A stretch of DNA of 64,000 bases from a candidate division WOR-3 bacterium (GTDB lineage: Bacteria; Hydrothermota; Hydrothermia; LBFQ01). The notes beneath the pieces were generated by a model. It was not told the DNA's origin. It saw nothing but the letters and a program-made list of their open reading frames with translations, and ran no database searches. Where the stretch lies: positions 1-64,000 of the forward strand of contig JBDRWW010000005.1 of the NCBI GenBank assembly GCA_039802605.1, written 5' to 3'. The position numbers were made by a program, and so were the translations under genes. Shown here piece by piece: positions 20,508 through 28,217 of the stretch. How positions within the stretch are numbered: position 1 is the first letter of the stretch; each line of letters opens with the position of its first letter.

Positions 20508-21534
20508 TCTCTCCTCCTTTGTTTTCCGGATAAAGCCTTACCCTCATAATTCCCCTTCCAAGCGTTTCATCCCCACCGAGTTGGATGATGGGATTATCCT
20601 TAATTAATTCGGATATTTTATTAAAAACATCTTTATACTCCTTAATCTTGTTGTCGTTATTCCTCTTCTTGTCATTATTCTCAACCTCGTTGTTATTACT
20701 CCCTTCGTTCCTCTTTTTCGGATCGGATACAAACAAAAGGGAATAGAATACGCTTTCCGATGGTATAAGTTCCTCCGTGAATAGCGCCCTGCTCTTAACC
20801 GTTCCAGTTAATTGGTTTATCCTTATCCTCGTCCTTATCTCAACGGCATATGTAACAAAGTCCTTGAAAACATTATTGGAAACTATTACCAAACGCTCTT
20901 CAAGGCTTTGGGTTAGGTCATTTTCGGGTAGGATTTTATTTAAGGTTTCAGCCAAATCAATAAATAAATCACTTTGATAAACCTCAAAAACAAACTCTTC
21001 AAGGGCAACACTTTTCTTGTTTTGACCAATTATAAGCGATGAATTCTGTGAAACCAAAACTTTATCATCGCTAAAATTTTCCATTTTTTTCATTTTTTCC
21101 ATCAGACTTTCAATTTTTGATATAAGTTCATTTAAGGTATCATCGGCTTTCAAATTCTGATTTTTTGGAGTTATCTTTAATATCTCTAAATTCTCCTTAA
21201 ACCTTTTCAATACAAGGGGGCAGGTTATCCAAGCGAAAACACCCCTAACGGAACGAACTGGGTAAAGCAATATCTTGGCATCGGTTATGCTTATGCAACT
21301 TGCAAAATCGGAAGAATCTTCCTCGGGCCCGAATATTATTTCCACGGCATCCTTATTCCAATTTCTATAAGCCAAATCCCTTAGAACACCCTTTATTCCG
21401 CTTGACCATAGAACCGGAAAGCCCGTATGTCTCTCCCTTTGAACGGGCAAATCCACATAAGAGACGCTTTGCCCGGCACCCATATGCACCGGCGTTTCCG
21501 CATAAAATGTTATCAATGCGCCCTCTTTATACAT
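20488..21534 (-). CDS. cmr4: Type III-B RAMP Cmr4
   Basis: TPVHMGAG, VDLPVQRE (catalytic Asp retained), QLGGDETLGRG. Confidence 0.93.
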   Translation of the reverse strand: MYKEGALITFYAETPVHMGAGQSVSYVDLPVQRERHTGFPVLWSSGIKGVLRDLAYRNWNKDAVEIIFGPEEDSSDFASCISITDAKILLYPVRSVRGVFAWITCPLVLKRFKENLEILKITPKNQNLKADDTLNELISKIESLMEKMKKMENFSDDKVLVSQNSSLIIGQNKKSVALEEFVFEVYQSDLFIDLAETLNKILPENDLTQSLEERLVIVSNNVFKDFVTYAVEIRTRIRINQLTGTVKSRALFTEELIPSESVFYSLLFVSDPKKRNEGSNNNEVENNDKKRNNDNKIKEYKDVFNKISELIKDNPIIQLGGDETLGRGIMRVRLYPENKGGENEQKNA

Positions 21535-21536
21535 AT

Positions 21537-22628
21537 CTAACCCCCTTTTACTACCAAAACCAAATTTGTCCCTATAAACTCCTGATCTCCCGCCATATCC
21601 TTAACCTTGTACCCGTTCCCATCCTTTACCAAAAACCCAAGCGTTTCTATTGAAATGTCTTCCTCACACTCCGCCCAAATAACCGCTCCGGGTGGTAAAG
21701 ACTTAACGGTTTTTCTTCCCTTATTCTTTGAATTAATACCCAGAATACTATACCCATCAACACACATAGAAATCACCTTAAAACCTTCAATCTTTGGAAC
21801 GAAGTTATCCCCTTCAAAAACCCCATAACTCAAAAACAAAAACATAACCCTATCCTCCCTTTTTAAATCCAGTTTTTCGTCTAATCCAAGTTCTTTAAGA
21901 AGGAATTCCCGGAAATCACAATTTTCGGCTTTATATCTCACACTTCTCATTTCCCCACCGAGTTTTAAAACCATAGGTGTGTTATATAAAAACCCTTCGT
22001 CATTTTTATCTTTGAAATCCACCCAAAAAGCGAAGGAACAATCATCATTCAACTCCAAATACTTTACCCTATACATCGCATTTTCCTCTCCTCCTACGGA
22101 ATTTAAGTTTCTGTCCATCTTTATACCGACCCTACCATCATATTTAAAGATACTCGCATTTCCTACAATATCCCTATTCAAAGTGTTAGGATTACCTTTT
22201 AAAAGTTCCTTTAAGCCTTTAAGATTGATAAACCCCCGAAAACCCTCAATTTCCTCAGAACCTTTATAAATCGGAAGCATTTCAATATTCGGTTTATTCG
22301 TGTTTTTATATTTAAAAATCCTAAAATTGCCATCATTTTGGGGTTTTAATATGAAGAATCTATTACCGGAGTCTTTTTTCCTCTCGCCATAAAGGTTGCA
22401 AGGCTTGGGTAATAAAAGTTCTCCCTTATACTCCACAAAAGGACCATAAACGGCGTTTAAAATGTTTGAAACATCTTTATTTTTGTGGGTGTATATCTTT
22501 GAACACACCGCACCCGCAAATGTTGTGGGATGGGGTGGGAATACGCTTTCGGCCACATCACCCATGTTAAAAGGTTTTCCAGAACCAAAGAACAAAACAT
22601 CAAAGGGTTTAATGGTTAGTTTTATCAC
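21537..22628 (-). CDS. cmr3: Type III-B Cmr3
   Basis: PFDVLFFGSGKPF, FPPHPTTFAGA, LKLGGE, LPPGAV. Confidence 0.9.
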   Translation of the reverse strand: MIKLTIKPFDVLFFGSGKPFNMGDVAESVFPPHPTTFAGAVCSKIYTHKNKDVSNILNAVYGPFVEYKGELLLPKPCNLYGERKKDSGNRFFILKPQNDGNFRIFKYKNTNKPNIEMLPIYKGSEEIEGFRGFINLKGLKELLKGNPNTLNRDIVGNASIFKYDGRVGIKMDRNLNSVGGEENAMYRVKYLELNDDCSFAFWVDFKDKNDEGFLYNTPMVLKLGGEMRSVRYKAENCDFREFLLKELGLDEKLDLKREDRVMFLFLSYGVFEGDNFVPKIEGFKVISMCVDGYSILGINSKNKGRKTVKSLPPGAVIWAECEEDISIETLGFLVKDGNGYKVKDMAGDQEFIGTNLVLVVKGG

Positions 22629-23470
22629 TCTATGGATTTCAATATACTAAGGGCAACCAACCTTATAAGCGGTTTCTTATTTTTGTTGTAAATATACTCT
22701 TCAAAAGCAATTTCAACCTCTTCTGGTGGTATAGTGTATGATATTTCTATAGGAAGCCAAGGGAAGGGAAAACCATATTTACGCCATAAGTAATACCAAT
22801 CTTCAATTGTCCAATACCAACGATTGTGCGGAATTGGCACATCGTTATGCTTCCACAAATCCAAAAAGTGAGGAATGGCATAATCGGGATATTTCAACCA
22901 ATAGTAATAACCGGCATATTCCCCGGGTCTATTTTTAAGAAAATACGAAAGTTTTGAAATTTCAGATCTCATATGGTAATAAGCGGTGGCTTCGCATAAA
23001 CTTTCCTCAATTACCTTGTAATAATCGGGAAAACTACCCGATCTGTATTTATGATTTGGGGCATCAAGGTATGCATGCGTTAATTCGTGAATTAGAACGA
23101 ATTTAAAAACGCTTTCGGGATTTTGATATTTCCAAATCCTTTCGGGGCATAGATAAATTCTACCATTAGTATAGCAACCCAAATTTACAATCTTTGTTTT
23201 ACATCTTGAAAGCATACGGTCAAGTTCCTCCGATGAAATATGCTCTCCCCTTTCCATCCTACTTTCAATGACTTGCATAATATCCTTTACGCATTCTTCG
23301 CTTAATCCATCACTCGGCGGGCAAACCTGATCCATAGTGCTTTCGTTTACGGTTATAACCTCCGTAATTTTGTGCCAAGCCATTATAAGATATGTTAGCC
23401 TATTGACTACATCGTTATACAAATCCATAGGCACATTTATGCTGCTGTCCATATTATGTATGACCGGCAT
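22625..23470 (-). CDS. Putative gluzincin-type metallopeptidase, first gene of the cmr operon
   Basis: VLIHELTHAY (HExxH) plus downstream IEESLCEA; GTGA overlap with cmr3. Confidence 0.65.
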   Translation of the reverse strand: MPVIHNMDSSINVPMDLYNDVVNRLTYLIMAWHKITEVITVNESTMDQVCPPSDGLSEECVKDIMQVIESRMERGEHISSEELDRMLSRCKTKIVNLGCYTNGRIYLCPERIWKYQNPESVFKFVLIHELTHAYLDAPNHKYRSGSFPDYYKVIEESLCEATAYYHMRSEISKLSYFLKNRPGEYAGYYYWLKYPDYAIPHFLDLWKHNDVPIPHNRWYWTIEDWYYLWRKYGFPFPWLPIEISYTIPPEEVEIAFEEYIYNKNKKPLIRLVALSILKSIE

Positions 23471-23485
23471 AGGATGGTAATTATA
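23471..23485 (-). promoter_or_regulatory. -10 box of the cmr operon (leaderless-type)
   Basis: Minus strand TATAAT-TACCATCCT-ATG. Confidence 0.65.
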
Positions 23486-23585
23486 TAACGGAATCCGGTT
23501 ATGCGTTATAGGGCTTAAAACCCAAGGTCTTAACGAATATTATACGGGTATATGCGATTATTTGAACACTTATCAGTTAAAAACC

Positions 23586-24236
23586 TTATTTTACAGGTTT
23601 AAAGCCCGCGATTTTAACCAATACAATTTTACCCAAAACCGAAGAAAAAAGGTCGGATAAAACCGCTTGGGTGTTCTCTATTAACTGTTTGTTCCAAATA
23701 TCTATTTCTTCCTTCGCCTTCCTTTTAGCATAAACCATCATACTATCAAAAACGGGTGAGGCCTCAAAAGACTTCATGGGTGTTCCGAAAATCCCCAATT
23801 CTTCCGAAACAACCCACCACTTTTGAATACTTACATCTATCTTTGGTTCCGGCATAACTATATCCACAGTTATCGTATCCCCCTTATGCCCGAGTTTGAT
23901 ATCCTCTTTCTTTATCTTTGAAATATCAAAACCCAACTTGTAAAGGACAACATAGCTTATGTTTGTTTTTCTTCCCCCTATCTTTATGGGCCCGGGTATT
24001 AAAGGGCTAACGGTATCCTGATAGATATACTCCCTTTGAACCTCCAATGTTATCAAATCCGCCACACTTCTCATTGACCTTAAAATCCCATCGGGGGTAA
24101 TAACAAAGGTATAATGCTTATCCCTGAACAAAGCGGAAATCCCTGCCCTGTTTATATATAAAACTCCTATTACCGTCCATATCAAACCCCATATAACCAT
24201 AAACCAACAAACCTTTTTCCAAAAACCTTTAAACAT
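23586..24236 (-). CDS. Single-TM protein, DUF4230-like
   Basis: N-terminal TM; LITLE...KLGFDISKI...VDIVMPEPKI pattern. Confidence 0.6.
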   Translation of the reverse strand: MFKGFWKKVCWFMVIWGLIWTVIGVLYINRAGISALFRDKHYTFVITPDGILRSMRSVADLITLEVQREYIYQDTVSPLIPGPIKIGGRKTNISYVVLYKLGFDISKIKKEDIKLGHKGDTITVDIVMPEPKIDVSIQKWWVVSEELGIFGTPMKSFEASPVFDSMMVYAKRKAKEEIDIWNKQLIENTQAVLSDLFSSVLGKIVLVKIAGFKPVK

Positions 24237-24283
24237 AAGCGGATATTGTAAGGTTAATCCCTATGCCACCTTAAAATTACGGG
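24237..24283. promoter_or_regulatory. Back-to-back divergent -10 boxes
   Basis: CCT-TACAAT on minus (24250-24245) and CCT-TAAAAT on plus (24272-24277), 8 and 6 nt from the starts. Confidence 0.65.
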
Positions 24284-25213
24284 TTGAAAACCGTTATAGC
24301 CCTTGGCGGGAATGCTTTAAGGAAAAAGGGTGAGGGCTTTGATTTTGATACGCATTACGAAAACGCCTATTTAACCTTTTCAAATTTAGCCGATACGGGG
24401 ATATTCTCGGATGAGTTTAAGGTGTGTATAACGCATGGAAATGGGCCACAGGTAGGTATGGAATTTATGAAAAACTTTTTGAGTAAGGATAAGTTTCCGA
24501 TATTTCCCCTTGATTCGCTAACGGCATCCACGCAGGGATGGATAGGTTATATCTTTGAGAGGGCTTTGAGAAAGGTTTTTAAAGAGAGGGGAATAAAAAG
24601 GGAAGTTGTTGCCATAATTACCCTCGTTGAGGTTGATAAAAACGACCCATCCTTGAAAAATCCCACAAAGCCAATAGGCGAATTTCTAAACGAAAAGGAG
24701 GCAAAGGAGTTGTCAATATTAACGGGTTTGCCCGTAAAGATGGATTCAAACAGGGGTTGGAGGTTTGTCGTTGGCTCACCTTACCCAAAGAGGGTTTTAA
24801 ACGCCGGTATAATCAACACGCTTTTAGAAATGGGAATGGTGGTTATAGCGGTGGGTGGGGGTGGTATCCCGGTTGATAAGGATTTAAACGGCGTTCCCGC
24901 CGTAATTGATAAAGATTTGGCATCCTCGCTTTTGGCAAGGGAGATCAATGCAAACGAGTTTATAATTTTAACCGAGGTTCCGGAAGTTTATATAAACTTT
25001 GGAAAGGCAAACCAAAAGCCTTTAAAAAACATTAGAATTTCCGATTTGGAAAGGTTTTTAAAGGAAGGGCATTTTGCACCGGGAAGTATGGAGCCCAAAA
25101 TAAGGGCCGTTATAGAGTTTGTAAAAAACGGAAGCGGAAAAGCCCTTATTACATCACCCGAACACTTAAAGGAAGCGTTAAGAGGTGAAAGGGGTACCTG
25201 GATTTTACATTAA
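24284..25213 (+). CDS. arcC: Carbamate kinase
   Basis: ALGGNAL, THGNGPQVG, NPTKPIG, AVIDKD, GSMEPKI. Confidence 0.95.
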   Translation: MKTVIALGGNALRKKGEGFDFDTHYENAYLTFSNLADTGIFSDEFKVCITHGNGPQVGMEFMKNFLSKDKFPIFPLDSLTASTQGWIGYIFERALRKVFKERGIKREVVAIITLVEVDKNDPSLKNPTKPIGEFLNEKEAKELSILTGLPVKMDSNRGWRFVVGSPYPKRVLNAGIINTLLEMGMVVIAVGGGGIPVDKDLNGVPAVIDKDLASSLLAREINANEFIILTEVPEVYINFGKANQKPLKNIRISDLERFLKEGHFAPGSMEPKIRAVIEFVKNGSGKALITSPEHLKEALRGERGTWILH

Positions 25214-26410
25214 AACCTCTTCGGGAACAAAGAGAAACCTTTTCATAACCTCACGGGAAAGGCTTTTTAGTGTATCCGTTGGCAAAACCGAAGATAACTC
25301 CCTTAAACTACCTTCAACCTCTACCTTTATACTCTCCTCCGCATCCGGGTCATAGGGGGTATATGCAACATCCTTAGGGGTTCTTTCAACAATATAATAA
25401 CGTGGATCAAAATCCAACTTTTTACATATGCCCTCCAACTCCTTGTACTTTTCCAAAAAATCCCCCTTTATCTCCACAGCCTTAAACCTAACACGGTTTA
25501 TAACCCTCCTTGAAAGGTCTGAAAGAATCTTATCCTTTTCCTTCTGCCATTCGGAAATCGTGTAAAATATTAGGGGATCGTCTATGTATAAAAGGTGTTC
25601 AGCCGCCTCATAGGGATCCCTTGCGTTTATACAAGCCCTAAGGGGTTCTGGTATAAAAATGTTTTTCCCGTCCGACAACAAATCCTTAACCCTCTTGAAA
25701 AGTGAAAACAGTATAGCCTGAAAACCTATATTCGTCTTGTGGTAATAAACGGACCAATACATCAGATACCTCGCTATAATATAACTTTCCGCCGCAAAAA
25801 TCCCCTTTAAAGTTATCACAAATTCCCTTCCCCTCGGTGTTTTAAAGAGTTTTGAAGATTGGATTAACCTTTCAACATCTATTAAGCCGTAATCAACGCC
25901 GCAATAGTATGCATCCCTACGCAAATAATCAAGCCTATCCACATCCATCTGCCCTTCTATGAGTTGGTATTTAAAAGGTTCACAATTCCTTTTGAATATA
26001 TCCAAAATCCCCTCAACCAAACCTTCGCCTAGGATTTCCCTAAACTTTGTTTCTACGATTGCAATTCCAACCTCCTCGTGCCTAAAAGGTAAAAGCGTGA
26101 ATTCAAGGGCATGGGATAAGGAGGTATGCCCTATATCGTGAAGCAAGGCGGCAAACCTTATGGTATCCCAATCATCCTTGGTTATAACTTCACCCGTTTC
26201 CTTGAACTTCCTTAAAAACTTCACGCTTAAATGATATACCCCTAACATATGGGAAAACCTCGTATGCGTAGCGCCGGGATATACATAATCCGCCAAACCC
26301 AAGTGCTTGATCCTCCTCATCCTTTGAAAATACGGGTGTGAAATGACCTTTAAGGCCAAATCATCCAACTCTATAAAGTCCGAATATATCGGATCCCTTA
26401 TGTATTTCAT
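25205..26410 (-). CDS. HD-domain phosphohydrolase (dNTPase-like)
   Basis: RDPIY, QRMRRIKHLG, HTRFSH, LLHDIGH, DVDRLDYL; ATG at 26410 forms an ATGA overlap with ispDF. Confidence 0.88.
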   Translation of the reverse strand: MKYIRDPIYSDFIELDDLALKVISHPYFQRMRRIKHLGLADYVYPGATHTRFSHMLGVYHLSVKFLRKFKETGEVITKDDWDTIRFAALLHDIGHTSLSHALEFTLLPFRHEEVGIAIVETKFREILGEGLVEGILDIFKRNCEPFKYQLIEGQMDVDRLDYLRRDAYYCGVDYGLIDVERLIQSSKLFKTPRGREFVITLKGIFAAESYIIARYLMYWSVYYHKTNIGFQAILFSLFKRVKDLLSDGKNIFIPEPLRACINARDPYEAAEHLLYIDDPLIFYTISEWQKEKDKILSDLSRRVINRVRFKAVEIKGDFLEKYKELEGICKKLDFDPRYYIVERTPKDVAYTPYDPDAEESIKVEVEGSLRELSSVLPTDTLKSLSREVMKRFLFVPEEVLM

Positions 26411-27471
26411 ACGGGTAGCAATATTTCCACAAGGGCATAACACTGTACGGCGTTATCAAAAAATGTATTCCCACTTTTGGCCTTTAAAGATATGTTTTCG
26501 GTATTAAAAAGGGTTTTTAAGGAGTTGACGATTTTATCCCTATAAGGCGCCAACTTGGGCTTTGAAAGGATTACGGTTATATCCAAAAATTTTATTGAAA
26601 CACCCCTTTCCTCCAACAACTCCATTGCCTTCCTCGCAAAAACCTCGCTCCTTACACCTTCCCATTTTGGATCGTTATCCGGAAATACCGTACCTATGTC
26701 CCCATATCCGAGACCAGAAAGTAAAGCATCAACAACCGCGTGAATAATAACATCACCGTCGGAATGCCCTACGGCACCAAAATCTTCCGAGATTTTAACA
26801 CCACCCAGGTATAAAGGCCTGCCCAATTCAAGCCTATGAACATCATAACCGAAAAAAGTCATCTTTTCCATCTTCAACCTTTCAAGAACCATTAAATCTT
26901 CCGGATATGTTATTTTGAAATTCCACCTATTGCCCTCAACAAAAACGGGTTTTATACCCAAAACCCCACTCATTAAGCTACCCTCATCCGGATAGATTCC
27001 CTTGGCGCTTTCATAAGCCTTTAAAAACAAATCCCTTTTTACCTTCTGGGGTGTTTGAACCAAATATACGAGATCCCTATTTATGTAATCCCCATTGTAT
27101 ATAACGCTATCCGGAGGTTTTATAACCGGGATTACGCAGTCCCCTTGGGTTTCAATAACCCTTTTTACAACCTCTGGGGAAATGTTTGCCCTTGCACCAT
27201 CGTGTATTAAAACATAATCGCCGGACGAGATTAAAACCCCGTTATAAACCGAATGCATCCTTTCATTGCCACCCTCAACAACCTTAACACCTAAGCCCCT
27301 CCACCCTTCAACATCTTCACTTGGAACAACCAGGACAATGTCCTCAACCTTTAAACTTTTAAAAACTTCAATTGAAAAGAGGATTAAAGGTTTATTTCCG
27401 ATTTTATAGAATTGCTTTTTAAAACCGATTCTCCTCCCCTTGCCACCCGCAACTATAACCGCACTTACCAT
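26407..27471 (-). CDS. ispDF: Bifunctional IspD/IspF
   Basis: AGGKGRR, LIHDGAR, VQTPQ, KITYPEDL then GYDVH, GHSDGDVIIHA. Confidence 0.92.
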   Translation of the reverse strand: MVSAVIVAGGKGRRIGFKKQFYKIGNKPLILFSIEVFKSLKVEDIVLVVPSEDVEGWRGLGVKVVEGGNERMHSVYNGVLISSGDYVLIHDGARANISPEVVKRVIETQGDCVIPVIKPPDSVIYNGDYINRDLVYLVQTPQKVKRDLFLKAYESAKGIYPDEGSLMSGVLGIKPVFVEGNRWNFKITYPEDLMVLERLKMEKMTFFGYDVHRLELGRPLYLGGVKISEDFGAVGHSDGDVIIHAVVDALLSGLGYGDIGTVFPDNDPKWEGVRSEVFARKAMELLEERGVSIKFLDITVILSKPKLAPYRDKIVNSLKTLFNTENISLKAKSGNTFFDNAVQCYALVEILLPV

Positions 27472-27977
27472 TCCACCTGGGAGAACAGGTGTCTAATACC
27501 CTGCCTGTAAAAATCCTCAATAGCCTTTTTTAAGGCCTCATCTTCGCTTTCCCTATCGGGAAACCACAAAGAATTACCCGTAATATTCGCATCGCCTACA
27601 AATTTCTCTCCGCTGGCCAGGTCAATAAACTCTATTTTACCAATTAAGGAAAGCCTGTATGATATAACCTTTCCGGAATTGTCATACTGTTCGGGGGTTT
27701 TCACATATGCGTTAAATACGGTTTTTATCATAAGTTTGGCGTTTGAGCTATCCGTTGGCTTCAACCTTCCATCGGACCTTATAGAGTTCAAACCGTAGTT
27801 TAAAGACAAATCCTGAACCAAAGGGTAATCGGTTTTGTTTTCGGGTATAGAAAAATATACCCTATTATACCCCTTGGGTAGGCTTACACCAAATGTGTAT
27901 ATACAATTAATAACCCATAGAGCGCAGAATGGTAAGGAATTCCTTAGTGTCTTTAAGGGCAGTCTCAAAATCCACAT
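27465..27977 (-). CDS. lptE: LPS assembly lipoprotein LptE-like (start uncertain)
   Basis: C-IYTF after a hydrophobic stretch, ENKT, SEDEALKKAI, terminal W. Confidence 0.6.
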   Translation of the reverse strand: MWILRLPLKTLRNSLPFCALWVINCIYTFGVSLPKGYNRVYFSIPENKTDYPLVQDLSLNYGLNSIRSDGRLKPTDSSNAKLMIKTVFNAYVKTPEQYDNSGKVISYRLSLIGKIEFIDLASGEKFVGDANITGNSLWFPDRESEDEALKKAIEDFYRQGIRHLFSQVEW

Positions 27978-28167
27978 CGTATTCCGCCACGAGGTCGCTT
28001 GCTATCTGTTCTGCGTTCCTACCCTCCTTATAGCCCTTATATATCCTTGCGGCCGTCTCGTTCATAATCAAGCTTTCCGCTTTAAGCCTTTTCGCGGTTA
28101 GAAGGCCTCCTATCCCAAGGGTTAATGCCCCCAAACCCATAAGTTTTAAAAATTCCCTTCTTGTCAT
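27907..28167 (-). CDS. Tat-signal PqqD/RRE-domain protein
   Basis: MTRREFLK twin-arginine motif and hydrophobic helix; MNETAARIY...EQIASDLVAEYDVDFETALKDTKEFL..L is PqqD-like. Confidence 0.7.
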   Translation of the reverse strand: MTRREFLKLMGLGALTLGIGGLLTAKRLKAESLIMNETAARIYKGYKEGRNAEQIASDLVAEYDVDFETALKDTKEFLTILRSMGY

Positions 28168-28217
28168 GATGCAGGTATTATAAGGGTGAAAATTTACCCC
28201 CTTAGAATAATCGCCTT

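Noticed and set aside
20640..20715. Asn/Lys-rich low-complexity stretch in cmr4 as a repeat element
   Set aside because: An in-frame, imperfect variable loop with no exact tandem unit.
23471..23585. CRISPR array or leader upstream of the cmr operon
   Set aside because: Only 115 bp, with no repeated 25-40-mer seen here or elsewhere in the window.
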